A DNA stretch of 64,000 bases from Candidatus Kapaibacterium sp. (GCA_035445085.1 DAOMQA010000004.1:86788-150787), one strand, 5' to 3'. Shown: positions 49,467-59,719, counted from the first letter of the stretch. Notes: generated by a model from the letters alone, not told the origin. Numbers and translations: made by a program.

Positions 49467-50057
49467 ATGGAAAATAAATACTTTCTATCAAAAGATGAAT
49501 TAGTAAGATTATTGGAAAATAATTTTAATCCAATTGATATAAATGATATTATTAGTGCTTATGATATAGCAGACCAAGCATATGGCGGGAAAAAGGCACT
49601 ATCTGGGCAACCCTATTTTTTCCATACTACTAGGGTTATCAAAATCTTAATTGAAGAACTATTTATTAAAGAATCTAATTTAATCATCGCAGCCTTATTA
49701 CATGATATAAATAAGACAAGCGCTGATATATCTGATGAAATTATAAATTATAATTTTAACCCCTATGTTACAAAATTAATCAATATTCTCAAAGAAGATT
49801 ATGAGTATATTGAGAGAAATCAACACTTGCTCAAGGAGTTTAATTTGAATGAACTTCAAGATGATTATTTAATAATATGGTTAGCCGAGCATTTAGATAA
49901 CTTGCGTTACCCAGCAGTAACTCCAGAACTAAATCCTTTAAATTATGTGCTGAATGTTAGTGCATATTATTTCCCAATATCAAAAAATTCAAACAGCCCT
50001 ATAGTAAAATACCTCATATCTGAATTGAAAAAAGAAAAAAATAAGATTTTAAGTTAA
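49467..50057 (+). CDS. RelA/SpoT-type HD-domain mini-protein (small-alarmone-hydrolase-like) with a degenerate HDxxED motif
   Basis: The blocks AYDIADQAYGGKKALSGQPYFFHTTRVIKIL...AALLHDINKTSAD and LAEHLDNLRY align to SpoT blocks (AHxGQxRxSGEPYIxHP...AALLHDVVEDT and LADRLHNMRT). The ED of HDxxED is replaced by KT, and the Asp of LADRLHN by Glu. Confidence 0.5.
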   Translation: MENKYFLSKDELVRLLENNFNPIDINDIISAYDIADQAYGGKKALSGQPYFFHTTRVIKILIEELFIKESNLIIAALLHDINKTSADISDEIINYNFNPYVTKLINILKEDYEYIERNQHLLKEFNLNELQDDYLIIWLAEHLDNLRYPAVTPELNPLNYVLNVSAYYFPISKNSNSPIVKYLISELKKEKNKILS

Positions 50058-50114
50058 GTATTTCTATTTTTTTTAATTACATTTGAAGTTTGTCTAAAAT
50101 AGTAAAAGAAATAT

Positions 50115-51248
50115 ATGAAAAAGGCATTCATCACGGGGATAACAGGGCAAGACGGGTCATACTTAGCTGAATACTTGCTCATGTTAGGCTATGAAGTTCA
50201 CGGTATTAAAAGAAGAAGTAGTTCATTTAATACTATGCGAATTGATCATATATACCAAGATCCTCACAAACAGGGTAAAAAGTTATTCCTATATTATGGA
50301 GATTTGTCTGATTCGAGTAATTTAAATCAACTTATAGCAGATATAAAGCCTGATGAGCTTTATCATATGGGAGCGCAAAGCCACGTTAAAGTTTCCTTTG
50401 ATATGCCTGAATATACTGGTGAAATTACAGGGTTAGGTACTACAAGATTACTTGAAGCGATTAAACAAAACACTCCTAAAACCAAGTTTTACCAAGCATC
50501 ATCGTCAGAACTTTTTGGCAGTGCTGTAGCTCCTCAAAATGAAAACACATATTTTGAGCCACAAAGCCCCTATGCAATTGCCAAATTGTATGCCTACTGG
50601 ATGACTATTAATTATAGAAATGCATATAATATATTTGCTTGCAATGGTATCTTATTTAATCATGAGAGCCCTAGACGTGGCGAGACATTTGTAACGAGAA
50701 AAATTACCTATTCAATAGCCAGAATATTAGCAGGGCTACAAAGTGTATTATATTTAGGGAATCTAGACGCTAAGAGAGATTGGGGTTACGCTCCTGAATA
50801 TGTAGTGATGGCACATAAAATAATGCAGCTGGACGAACCTACAGACTTAGTAATTGGAACTGGTGAAAGTCATTCTGTAAGAGACTTCGCAAGCAAAGCA
50901 TTTGAATATTGCGGTATAGAAATAGAGTGGCACGGCGAAGGTGTAGAGGAAGTCGGCAAAGTTAAATCACTAAACAATAGCTCCAATGATAATATTAGAG
51001 TTGGTGATACCTTAATAAGGGTTGATAAGTCATATTATAGACCTACTGAAGTAAATTTTCTTTTAGCTGATATTAGCAAAGCTAAAAAGACTTTTAATTG
51101 GGAACCAGCAGTCAATTTTGATTCATTAGTAAAAATAATGATGGATTTTGATTTAAACCATTTTGGCGTTAGACAAGAATTTGAATCCGACGAGTTATTA
51201 GAATCATTAGGCTATGCTTGGACAAAAGGTATAAAAAAGAAAAATTAG
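50115..51248 (+). CDS. gmd: GDP-mannose 4,6-dehydratase
   Basis: [28 protein letters not shown] and YxxxK. 377 aa. Confidence 0.92.
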   Translation: MKKAFITGITGQDGSYLAEYLLMLGYEVHGIKRRSSSFNTMRIDHIYQDPHKQGKKLFLYYGDLSDSSNLNQLIADIKPDELYHMGAQSHVKVSFDMPEYTGEITGLGTTRLLEAIKQNTPKTKFYQASSSELFGSAVAPQNENTYFEPQSPYAIAKLYAYWMTINYRNAYNIFACNGILFNHESPRRGETFVTRKITYSIARILAGLQSVLYLGNLDAKRDWGYAPEYVVMAHKIMQLDEPTDLVIGTGESHSVRDFASKAFEYCGIEIEWHGEGVEEVGKVKSLNNSSNDNIRVGDTLIRVDKSYYRPTEVNFLLADISKAKKTFNWEPAVNFDSLVKIMMDFDLNHFGVRQEFESDELLESLGYAWTKGIKKKN

Positions 51249-51255
51249 TGCAAAA

Positions 51256-52323
51256 ATGAAGAAGAATTCTAAAATATTTATTGCTGGACATAAAGGTTTA
51301 GTTGGTAGTGTTATATATAAAAATCTATTACAACAGGGCTTTGAAAATATTATTGTAGCTGAAAAAAGTAGTTTGGATTTAAGAAATCAAGCTCAAATAA
51401 ATAATTTTTTCGCTATACACAAACCTGAATTTGTAATTTTAGCAGCAGGTAAAGTTGGTGGTATTATAGCCAACAGCACTTATAAGGCAGAATTTATTTA
51501 TGACAATCTAATGATTGCCGCCAATATAATAAATGCGGCTAAAGAATATGGCATTAAAAAGTTATTAAATTTAGGTTCATCATGTATCTTTCCTAAGCAA
51601 GCTACTATTCCAATTAAGGAAGAATATCTATTAACTGGAGCTTTAGAAGCAACTAACGAACCTTATGCAATTGCCAAGATTGCTGCGATTAAACTATGTC
51701 GCTATTATAATGAACAATATGGAACAGATTTTATTTCCGTTATGCCGAATAATTTATACGGTATTAATGATAATTATAATTTTGAGACAAGCCATGTGTT
51801 GCCTGCTTTAATACGAAAAAATATTATAGCCAAGGCATTATCTGAAAATAATTTTGACTTGATTCTAAAAGATAGTAAGCTACATAAAATCGGCTTTGGC
51901 TTAGATGATAATAATAATAATAATATAGATTTAATTTTAAATAAATACTCTCAATTGGGAATAACATCAAACGAAATTACATTATGGGGTACTGGTAATG
52001 TTTATAGGGAATTTCTGTTTAATGAAGATTTAGCTGAGGCTTGTATATTCTTAATGCAAAATTATTCTGCAAATGAAATAGGTGAGTTCATTAATGTAGG
52101 CTACGGCACAGATATAACTATCAAAGAAGTTACCAATATTATAAGAGATATTGTTGGCTATAATGGTTCTATAAAATTTGACTCAAGTAAGCCAGATGGC
52201 ACTTATAGAAAATTAATGGATACAAGTCGAATTAATAATTTGGGTTGGAAACCTAATACTAACTTAGAGACCGGTATTAAGATTGTAGTTGATGGCTATT
52301 ATAATAAGCTAAAAGAATTATAA
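51256..52323 (+). CDS. fcl: GDP-L-fucose synthase (GDP-4-keto-6-deoxymannose 3,5-epimerase/4-reductase) with a roughly 30-aa Asn-rich insertion
   Basis: KIFIAGHKGLVGSAI-type N-terminus, the YAIAK catalytic motif and a C-terminal WKP region. The insertion LKDSKLHKIGFGLDDNNNNNIDLILNKYSQLG is encoded in part by (AAT)5 at 51910..51924. Confidence 0.85.
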   Translation: MKKNSKIFIAGHKGLVGSVIYKNLLQQGFENIIVAEKSSLDLRNQAQINNFFAIHKPEFVILAAGKVGGIIANSTYKAEFIYDNLMIAANIINAAKEYGIKKLLNLGSSCIFPKQATIPIKEEYLLTGALEATNEPYAIAKIAAIKLCRYYNEQYGTDFISVMPNNLYGINDNYNFETSHVLPALIRKNIIAKALSENNFDLILKDSKLHKIGFGLDDNNNNNIDLILNKYSQLGITSNEITLWGTGNVYREFLFNEDLAEACIFLMQNYSANEIGEFINVGYGTDITIKEVTNIIRDIVGYNGSIKFDSSKPDGTYRKLMDTSRINNLGWKPNTNLETGIKIVVDGYYNKLKEL

Positions 52324-52374
52324 TTTCCTTTAAAGATTATTATTATAATAGCTTAATACTGCTTCAATAACTAA

Positions 52375-52414
52375 TTTTATATATCTTTTATGATTAACCT
52401 GAAGATATATAAAA
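52375..52414. terminator. 13-bp-arm inverted repeat between convergent fcl and pit (bidirectional terminator candidate)
   Basis: TTTTATATATCTT-N14-AAGATATATAAAA. It lies 52 nt past the fcl stop and 33 nt past the pit stop. Confidence 0.45.
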
Positions 52415-52446
52415 TTTAGTTGTTATAGTAATTATTACTTCCTATG

Positions 52447-54708
52447 CTAATTTTTATGCTCTATATAATACATAAACGAATCTTTTGTCGCTTGATAAAT
52501 AAATAATAAATCTTTTGCAAACATTTCGATATCAATCAACGTACTCATATATATTGTAGATCGTTTAAAATTAATGTTCTTTTTTACTAACATTCTATGT
52601 AAATGAAAGTCAATTTTTGATTTAATATTTACATTTATATCTACATTCATAAAATCAATCTCTTCATCATTTTCAAAGTTTGATTTTATTATTCTATCCG
52701 CAATTTTTAAAGCAAATTCTTCGTAGCTTTTTAATAGCTCTTTAGTCTCTCTTATTTGATCGTTTGTGAATTGATTATGATTATTATCTATATATTTATG
52801 ATTTTGCTTAGTTACTATAATTAGTCTATCCCCTAATTCTTGAAATGCTAATATTGATTTAGTATATAAATACCCATCATCGGGCACTTTAGGAGAGCTT
52901 TCAATATAGAGTTTTAGTATATTTTTAATAAAAGTACTCCCTTCATCATCTAATTTTTTTGCTAATTTAAAATTTGCTTTTAGATTTGTTGCTTCTGGTT
53001 TAAAAAATGATTCAAAACTATTGAGCAAAATTGAGGTATGCTTGTTAATATAATCGCTTATTGAATTTAAAATAAATTCAACCTTCTTGTCTGGATTTTC
53101 TTTTTCTGCAAGTAGTTTTCTTAGTTTTTCTTCTTCTTCCCTTTCTTTTTCTTTGTGCATTTTGCCCGTTCTTATAAATGCTACCACTACAAACAGTCCC
53201 ACACCTAATACACCAAAGTAAGAGCCGAAATAAAGAATTAAAGCTATAATAGATGCCATTATAGTAGCCATAACACCTGTAAAGAACCAGCCTGCAACAA
53301 CTGTAATCACTCCAGATACTCTATATACAGCAGAGTCTCTCCCCCACGCTTTGTCTGGGAGTGCTGCAGCCATTGCAACGATAAATGTAACATATGTAGT
53401 AGATAAAGGCAATTGTAGAGATGTAGCAAAAGAAATAAGCCCAGATGAAACAACAAGAATTACAGCAGCACGGATTAGGTCAAAAGATGGTGGTTGCTCA
53501 CCTTCTATAATAATTGGCTTATATTTCGATAAATCAAATCTTTTAGATATTTTATTACTAATCGCTGGTGGCGTAATCTTAAGGATAAAATAAGCGAAAT
53601 CAATGGCTATACGAACTAACAATCTTGCAAGCACATTAGATTCAAATCTTTCTGCACCTTCATCTTGCCTTCCTAAATTTAGCTCTGTTTTGGCAACATT
53701 CTGAGCTTTTTTAGAAAAATATAAAGTTATAACCATTATAACGCCTGATAACAATAAAATGAGCATATCAGCCTTGACTGGCTCTGTTAAATATGCCATC
53801 GTTTGATTAGCAGTATTAGGGTCGGCTAAGTAATAATAATATGCACTTAATCCAGCTAATGGTGCGCCAATAAAGTTTACTAAATCATTAGCGGAAAATG
53901 CCAATGCTAACCCAAAAGTACCTACCAATACAATAACTTTGAGCATATTTATTTTAGTAAACCACATTAACAATTGTATCACAATTGTCCAAAATACAAT
54001 TAATCCACAAACTATTATACTCACATTGTTATTGATATATTGAAGTAGACCTTCTGATACAAAGGTAGCTCCTTTTGCACCTTTCATAAATATAAACATA
54101 AATATCATAGACAGAGCTACACCACTCCATATAGCACCATACTTTTTGAATTTGTCAATATAATCAAATGTAAATATCATCCTAGTAAGAAATTGGAAAA
54201 GATAGCCAAATATAAAGGCAAAGAAAATAGAACTAATAATCCCAACAATTATATTTAACAAACTTGATAAGTTTAAATATTCATAAACAGTAGAGAATTC
54301 TCCTCCTACATTTATTACTTTGATTGCAGAGATAGCAACAGATGCCCCTAATAACGTAAAAACCAATGAAACCGTAGTAGATGTAGGCAAACCAAAGGTA
54401 TTAAAAAGATCAATCAATAAAACTTGCGCATATATCATTGCTAAAAATATAATTAATACTTCAGTAACATTGAATCTTTCTGGGTTAAATACACCAGTCC
54501 TAGCAACCTCTATCATTCCATTAGAGAAAAAGATACCAGTAAAAACACCAATGGCAGCCACTGTAAGAGCAGTCTTGAATTTGGCAGCTTTGGAGCCTAA
54601 GGCGGAATTAAGAAAGTTGATTGCATCGTTGGCAACACCTACCGTAAGATTTACAGCTGCTAATATTAACAGCAGTATTACCATTAATAAATTTATATCA
54701 AAAGACAT
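52447..54708 (-). CDS. pit: PiT-family inorganic phosphate transporter with a roughly 230-aa cytoplasmic C-terminal extension
   Basis: The N-terminal GVANDAINFLNSALGS PHO4 signature is repeated in the second half (FSANDLVNFIGAPLAG). After the last TM (about residue 520) a charged helix (HKEKEREEEEKLRKLLAEKE) opens a soluble helical domain running to the C-terminus. Confidence 0.78.
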   Translation of the reverse strand: MSFDINLLMVILLLILAAVNLTVGVANDAINFLNSALGSKAAKFKTALTVAAIGVFTGIFFSNGMIEVARTGVFNPERFNVTEVLIIFLAMIYAQVLLIDLFNTFGLPTSTTVSLVFTLLGASVAISAIKVINVGGEFSTVYEYLNLSSLLNIIVGIISSIFFAFIFGYLFQFLTRMIFTFDYIDKFKKYGAIWSGVALSMIFMFIFMKGAKGATFVSEGLLQYINNNVSIIVCGLIVFWTIVIQLLMWFTKINMLKVIVLVGTFGLALAFSANDLVNFIGAPLAGLSAYYYYLADPNTANQTMAYLTEPVKADMLILLLSGVIMVITLYFSKKAQNVAKTELNLGRQDEGAERFESNVLARLLVRIAIDFAYFILKITPPAISNKISKRFDLSKYKPIIIEGEQPPSFDLIRAAVILVVSSGLISFATSLQLPLSTTYVTFIVAMAAALPDKAWGRDSAVYRVSGVITVVAGWFFTGVMATIMASIIALILYFGSYFGVLGVGLFVVVAFIRTGKMHKEKEREEEEKLRKLLAEKENPDKKVEFILNSISDYINKHTSILLNSFESFFKPEATNLKANFKLAKKLDDEGSTFIKNILKLYIESSPKVPDDGYLYTKSILAFQELGDRLIIVTKQNHKYIDNNHNQFTNDQIRETKELLKSYEEFALKIADRIIKSNFENDEEIDFMNVDINVNIKSKIDFHLHRMLVKKNINFKRSTIYMSTLIDIEMFAKDLLFIYQATKDSFMYYIEHKN

Positions 54709-54793
54709 AAAATTCCATAATTGTTAGTATAATACGTTTCAAATATAAAAATAAAATGATTTGAAAATGTTAAGAAATCTTAATATTTAGAAT

Positions 54794-55957
54794 TTATTTT
54801 AAGTCGCCAATAAGTTCAGATATAAATAAAGTTATAGAATCACTTGTAAAATACCCATTAGAGTTCAATTTCAATAATTTATTATTGAATATTTCAATTT
54901 TATCAGCAAAAACCTGAAAATTACTCTGCTTAAATATATTATATAAATCGATATGATAATCTTTTTGAAATCTATTAAAATCAAGACCGCTTGAACGAAG
55001 TTCTAAATAAATTCGTTCTAATATTAGCTCATTCACCTTTAATATTTCAAAATTTTCTTCAGGCAATTCATTTTTTTCTAACAAAGCAAAATATTTGTGA
55101 TTATTGCGGTAATTCCAGTATCTCCTATTATCTAAATATCCATGTGCAGAAGGACCAAAGGAGAAATACTCACCTTGCTCCCAATAATTCATATTATGTT
55201 TACACTCTTTGTTATTTTTCGAATAATTAGAAACTTCATAATGCTCAAAACCGTTAGCTGTTAGTAGTTTGTCGGCTAAATTATACATTAAATAGTCTGC
55301 ATCTTCATCAGTTTTTTTTACTTTACCTGCTAAAAATTGATTATTTAACGGCGTCCCTTCTTCGTAAATTAAACTATAACAGGAAATATGTTCCGTTTCT
55401 AATTCAATCGCCCTCTCTAAAGTATTTGCCCAGCTTTCTATAGTTTGATTTGGTAATGCAAACATTAAGTCAATATTTATATTGTCAAATCCTATCGAAC
55501 GCGCTTTACTTACTGATTTATATATGTCGTCAATATTATGTATTCTCTCTAAGAATTGTAGCTCATCCATATTAAAGGATTGCACACCAAAACTCAGCCT
55601 ATTAGCACCCAATTGCTTATAAAACTCTAAATTTTTAGAATCAATCGTTCCCGGATTGCATTCAATCGTCCATTCATAATGTTCACTTAAATTAAAATTC
55701 CTATTAATTGCCTCTACCATTTGTTCAAATTGATGTGGCTTCATAAGTGAAGGAGTACCGCCACCGAAGAAAATAGATTTTAAAACAGGCTTATTATAAT
55801 TCGTTAGCCTCAAATCTATTTCCTTCGACAACATTTTTGCAAATTGATTACGTGAATTTAAATTCTCGATAGAATAGAAATCACAATAAGAGCATTTATG
55901 AATACAGTATGGAAAATGAATATACAATCCATATTCTTTATTAATCATATCGCTCAA
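54794..55957 (-). CDS. hemW: Radical-SAM heme chaperone HemW (oxygen-independent coproporphyrinogen-III-oxidase-like)
   Basis: The YIHFPYCIHKCSYCDFYS CxxxCxxC radical-SAM motif and the HemN_C-like C-terminus. Confidence 0.85.
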   Translation of the reverse strand: MSDMINKEYGLYIHFPYCIHKCSYCDFYSIENLNSRNQFAKMLSKEIDLRLTNYNKPVLKSIFFGGGTPSLMKPHQFEQMVEAINRNFNLSEHYEWTIECNPGTIDSKNLEFYKQLGANRLSFGVQSFNMDELQFLERIHNIDDIYKSVSKARSIGFDNINIDLMFALPNQTIESWANTLERAIELETEHISCYSLIYEEGTPLNNQFLAGKVKKTDEDADYLMYNLADKLLTANGFEHYEVSNYSKNNKECKHNMNYWEQGEYFSFGPSAHGYLDNRRYWNYRNNHKYFALLEKNELPEENFEILKVNELILERIYLELRSSGLDFNRFQKDYHIDLYNIFKQSNFQVFADKIEIFNNKLLKLNSNGYFTSDSITLFISELIGDLK

Positions 55958-56651
55958 AGTGTATCATTTTCCTACTATAGCCCATATTCAGAAGGTTTGT
56001 ACGTGCTTCGCTAACCATCTCTTTCCAACCGCATATATAAAATTCAGCGTCTGGCTTACTTGCCAATAATTCTTGGTATACTTTATGAACATATCCTCTA
56101 TGACCGTTCCATTCTGGAGAAGTTTCTCTTGATAAGACTGGGTGGAAATGAAATGAATCTACTTTAGATAATTCTTCCATTTCGTCTAAATACGTCATAT
56201 CTCTCATAAATCTAGTACCAAAAATTAAATGAATATTTTTGTGGGGAATATTTTTATTAAAAATATCTAAATATATTGAACGGAGTGGTGCTAAGCCAGT
56301 TCCTGTACAAATCATATACAAATCAGTTGTAATTTCATTTTTTAACATAAAATTACCGCGCGGTTCTGATGTTTTTAAAAAAGAGCCGATATGAATTTCA
56401 TTAAATAAATAGGTAGTAGCTACCCCATTAGGATCTAATACTATTAATAGCTCAATAATATTGCTACCATTTGGAGCACTTGCTATCGAGTATTCTCTAT
56501 AATTCTTCTTAGCAGGTATAGGAAATTCGATTTTAACGTGTTGCCCGGCTTCAAAATCGTAAGTTTCTAAATCATTAAATCTTAAATAAAACCTTCTTAC
56601 ATTAAAAGCTTCTTTGACTATATCAACAACCTCAGCCTGATACCATTGCAT
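55941..56651 (-). CDS. FAD/NAD(P)-binding oxidoreductase (ferredoxin-NADP reductase-like)
   Basis: The FAD-binding R-x-Y-S motif (REYSIAS) and the NAD-binding GTGLAP motif. 236 aa. Confidence 0.7.
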   Translation of the reverse strand: MQWYQAEVVDIVKEAFNVRRFYLRFNDLETYDFEAGQHVKIEFPIPAKKNYREYSIASAPNGSNIIELLIVLDPNGVATTYLFNEIHIGSFLKTSEPRGNFMLKNEITTDLYMICTGTGLAPLRSIYLDIFNKNIPHKNIHLIFGTRFMRDMTYLDEMEELSKVDSFHFHPVLSRETSPEWNGHRGYVHKVYQELLASKPDAEFYICGWKEMVSEARTNLLNMGYSRKMIHFERYD

Positions 56652-56772
56652 GTATTAATTTACCTTTATTAAGTTTATTAAATTGTTATAATATAAGTTT
56701 ATTAAAACGAATTAATCTAATTTTTACGTTTAATAATAATCAAAATACTATTTTTGTAATATTAACACAATA

Positions 56773-57888
56773 TTGATTGTAATGTTTAGAAAAGTATTAA
56801 AACAAATTGAAATCTATAATAAGTGGCTTATTTTATTTATTTTAAAGGTATTTTTAAGAAATAAACCGCAAGTATTTCCAGTTTCACCGCAGCAAGTTAA
56901 GAAACTATTACTGCTTAGATATGATGTATTAGGAGATATGGTAATTACTTTACCTATGATTCACTATTTACAACAATATTTACCTGATACACAAATAGAT
57001 ATTTTATGCACTAACAGAAATAATACTTTAGCTGAGCATACACCCGGTCTCAAAAACATATATCTATATAGCAGAAAAAAGCTATTCTTTAAAGAATTGC
57101 GACCCCTAAGAAAAGAGAAATACGATATGATAATTTCATTAGTATTTAATCGAACTACAATCGCTGGCTTAATTGCCAATTACATCAACCGTAAAGCTAT
57201 AAAAGTACATTTGAAAGATAGCGACAATGTTGCATTGTATTCAATATTATTCAACGTGTTGTTACCATTTGAAAATATTAGATTTAAAATTACATTATTA
57301 GAACTACAAGTGAGAATGGCAGCAATGTTATTTGGAGTAGATTTTAAATACGAAGATATCAAAAAGGATAACTTGATTCTTAGTAATGACTTATTAACAA
57401 ATGCTTTAAACTTATTTTCTGAGACAAGCCAAATAAAAATTATTTATAATATTTCGGCAGGGGCAGAGCATCGGCAATTTTCAACTATCAAAAATATAAC
57501 GATCTTAAAGCATTTAACCGAGAGCCTATCTAAGTGTAATTTTTATGTTAGTTGTAGTCCCAATGATATTGAAAAAGCTAAATCAATAGTGTTAGGTGTA
57601 GATAAACCTAATTGCAGACTTGCTATACACTCTTCCAACGTTATGCAGAGCTTTGCAATTATTCAACTCGCTGATTTTGTAATTACTCCTGATACTGCTT
57701 TTGTTCAAATTGCTTCAATGTTTAATATTCCAACTATAATATTTTATTCTACTTTGACAGTTTTGCCTGACGAATGGCTTCCATATCGTAATAAATATAC
57801 TTTCATGGTTACTAAAGAAAAAACATCAATTGAAGAATTAGATAACAATGAAATAATTAGAAGTATTATTGATTTTATAAATAAATAA
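56773..57888 (+). CDS. Glycosyltransferase family 9 (heptosyltransferase-like), second paralogue
   Basis: LLLRYDVLGDMVITLPM N-terminal GT9 motif and the C-terminal DTAFVQIASMFNIPTI. Confidence 0.68.
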   Translation: MIVMFRKVLKQIEIYNKWLILFILKVFLRNKPQVFPVSPQQVKKLLLLRYDVLGDMVITLPMIHYLQQYLPDTQIDILCTNRNNTLAEHTPGLKNIYLYSRKKLFFKELRPLRKEKYDMIISLVFNRTTIAGLIANYINRKAIKVHLKDSDNVALYSILFNVLLPFENIRFKITLLELQVRMAAMLFGVDFKYEDIKKDNLILSNDLLTNALNLFSETSQIKIIYNISAGAEHRQFSTIKNITILKHLTESLSKCNFYVSCSPNDIEKAKSIVLGVDKPNCRLAIHSSNVMQSFAIIQLADFVITPDTAFVQIASMFNIPTIIFYSTLTVLPDEWLPYRNKYTFMVTKEKTSIEELDNNEIIRSIIDFINK

Positions 57889-57890
57889 AG

Positions 57891-59189
57891 TTATTTTTTC
57901 ATGTTAGCGCGTAATATTAGCTGTTTTTGCTTAGGTTTATCTTCATTCCATTGGAACAGTGGTAAATTGAATTTCATAGGGTCGTCAAAAATTAAATTTT
58001 CTGGTATAAATTCTGCTATTGTAGTTCCTATCCAATAAATTTTATCTACTTCACCATTATCAAATTTGATACGTATAGAATCTGTGCTTTTCCTATCCAC
58101 ACCATTCTCTCCTTTATCATCAGCAAAAAAATACAAACTTTTCGCATCACCATTTGAATAAACAGATTGGACCGTTGCCGAATCAATATCAATAATTATG
58201 TCCTTACCAACTATTTGATTAAATCTATTTTTTTCTATACTATCGTGAACCATCACCATAATAGAATTATTAAAAGCATATAAATTCTTGACTTTATTAT
58301 CTTTTAATTTAATTATTATAGAGTCTGCGTATAACTGAGATTGCTTATACCATACGATAGGCTTATGATTTAGAATAATAGAATCCTTGGAATATATAGC
58401 TTCGTTACTCTTTGTCATTATATCTCCTTTAACCAACTCTACGTTACCAGAGAACTTATAGTATTCATTTGAAGTATTTCGAAAAGCCTCCATAGTATCT
58501 GCCGAAATAGTCAAAGTATCGTACTTTGCCATTGTATTATAGCTATCTAAGCTGTCAGTAATATAAGTTGTATCTATTTTATATAATACCGGCTTGCCAA
58601 AAGCTGCATAATAATTATCATTTGGAAATGAGTATATAGTGTCCGCAGTAATCAATACATCAGTAAATTTTCCTTTAATAAATACATCTCCAAAGGCTTT
58701 ACTAACCCTTGTAGCTCTATTATAAACAATTCTATTTGCAAAGATATTAATAGAATCATCTTCTATATTAACATTTATAATAAAATCAGCTATATAATTT
58801 TTTATATCATACGAACCTTCGGTAGCTTTAAGTACTGTTTTTTTATCGATAATTTTTACAGAATCGTACGCATAAGCAAAAGCGGCATTCCCGTCATAAT
58901 GAATCTTAGGCGATAATAAAAGCATCGTATTTTGCTCTATTTTAACATTACCCAGCAAATCTGCTTTATTTTGTTCAATATATTGCTTGGCATACTTGCT
59001 TTTTACTATTACATCTCTATGCTTCAATACAACATTACCATAAAATTCTCTATATGATTGTTCGTTAAATGTTGAACCTACTAATGAGTCCGCATTCTCA
59101 AGGATAATATCATTATTAATGTTTTGAGAAGTTTCAGCAAACAACAAAATATACGATATAAGAGCAATAAAAGGAATATATTTATACAT
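57891..59189 (-). CDS. OstA-like (LptA/LptD-N-terminal-fold) periplasmic protein
   Basis: Signal peptide, then repeated A-D-x...G-N-V-x-I / Y-D signature blocks (ENADSL...FYGNVVLKHRDVIVKSKYA...ADLLGNVKIEQ...IHYDGNAAFAYAYDSVKI) typical of OstA domains. Confidence 0.55.
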   Translation of the reverse strand: MYKYIPFIALISYILLFAETSQNINNDIILENADSLVGSTFNEQSYREFYGNVVLKHRDVIVKSKYAKQYIEQNKADLLGNVKIEQNTMLLLSPKIHYDGNAAFAYAYDSVKIIDKKTVLKATEGSYDIKNYIADFIINVNIEDDSINIFANRIVYNRATRVSKAFGDVFIKGKFTDVLITADTIYSFPNDNYYAAFGKPVLYKIDTTYITDSLDSYNTMAKYDTLTISADTMEAFRNTSNEYYKFSGNVELVKGDIMTKSNEAIYSKDSIILNHKPIVWYKQSQLYADSIIIKLKDNKVKNLYAFNNSIMVMVHDSIEKNRFNQIVGKDIIIDIDSATVQSVYSNGDAKSLYFFADDKGENGVDRKSTDSIRIKFDNGEVDKIYWIGTTIAEFIPENLIFDDPMKFNLPLFQWNEDKPKQKQLILRANMKK

Positions 59190-59719
59190 TACTTTTCTAT
59201 AGCTAATTTTAAATCTAACAAACTACTCTCTTGGTCCCTCCCCATATACTTCTCCATCAACATTCCAAAAACTCTTGCAGCTGGATTAAAGCCTAATTCA
59301 CCATAATCCACCCACTTTACTCTAATCCCATTATTTAGTGAGTCCAGAAAAAAAGTTCCGTTAATTCTATGCTCGTCATCATTTATAATTATTTCATAAT
59401 CTATACTTTTATTAGGCTTATAGTTGAATATTCTTAAAACACCTGCCCCCATAAACTTACTTTTCCACTTTGCAGAACTATAAGGTCCTAAATTATTTTG
59501 TTGATAGCTAATAGTCATAGATGTATCTTTTTTAGTTGACATATAAGACCAATCTTCCCATTTTCTTAAATCAATAATATAATCTTCGATAGTAGCAAAA
59601 TTTGAATCAATGATAATTTCTCGCTCAATTTTATATTTTGATGGTAAAAATAAGCTAATTAGAATTATTATAGCTAAAATTGACGTAGCAAAAATGAGAA
59701 TATATTTAACAACTTTCAT
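59189..59719 (-). CDS. Membrane-anchored SRPBCC-like protein (hypothetical)
   Basis: N-terminal TM anchor and a roughly 150-aa alpha/beta domain reminiscent of the polyketide-cyclase/SRPBCC family. Its stop overlaps the downstream OstA-like start by 1 nt. Confidence 0.38.
   Translation of the reverse strand: MKVVKYILIFATSILAIIILISLFLPSKYKIEREIIIDSNFATIEDYIIDLRKWEDWSYMSTKKDTSMTISYQQNNLGPYSSAKWKSKFMGAGVLRIFNYKPNKSIDYEIIINDDEHRINGTFFLDSLNNGIRVKWVDYGELGFNPAARVFGMLMEKYMGRDQESSLLDLKLAIEK

Noticed and set aside
54320-54727. 135-aa plus-strand ORF
   Set aside because: It is antisense to the N-terminal PHO4 repeat of the pit gene. Shadow ORF.
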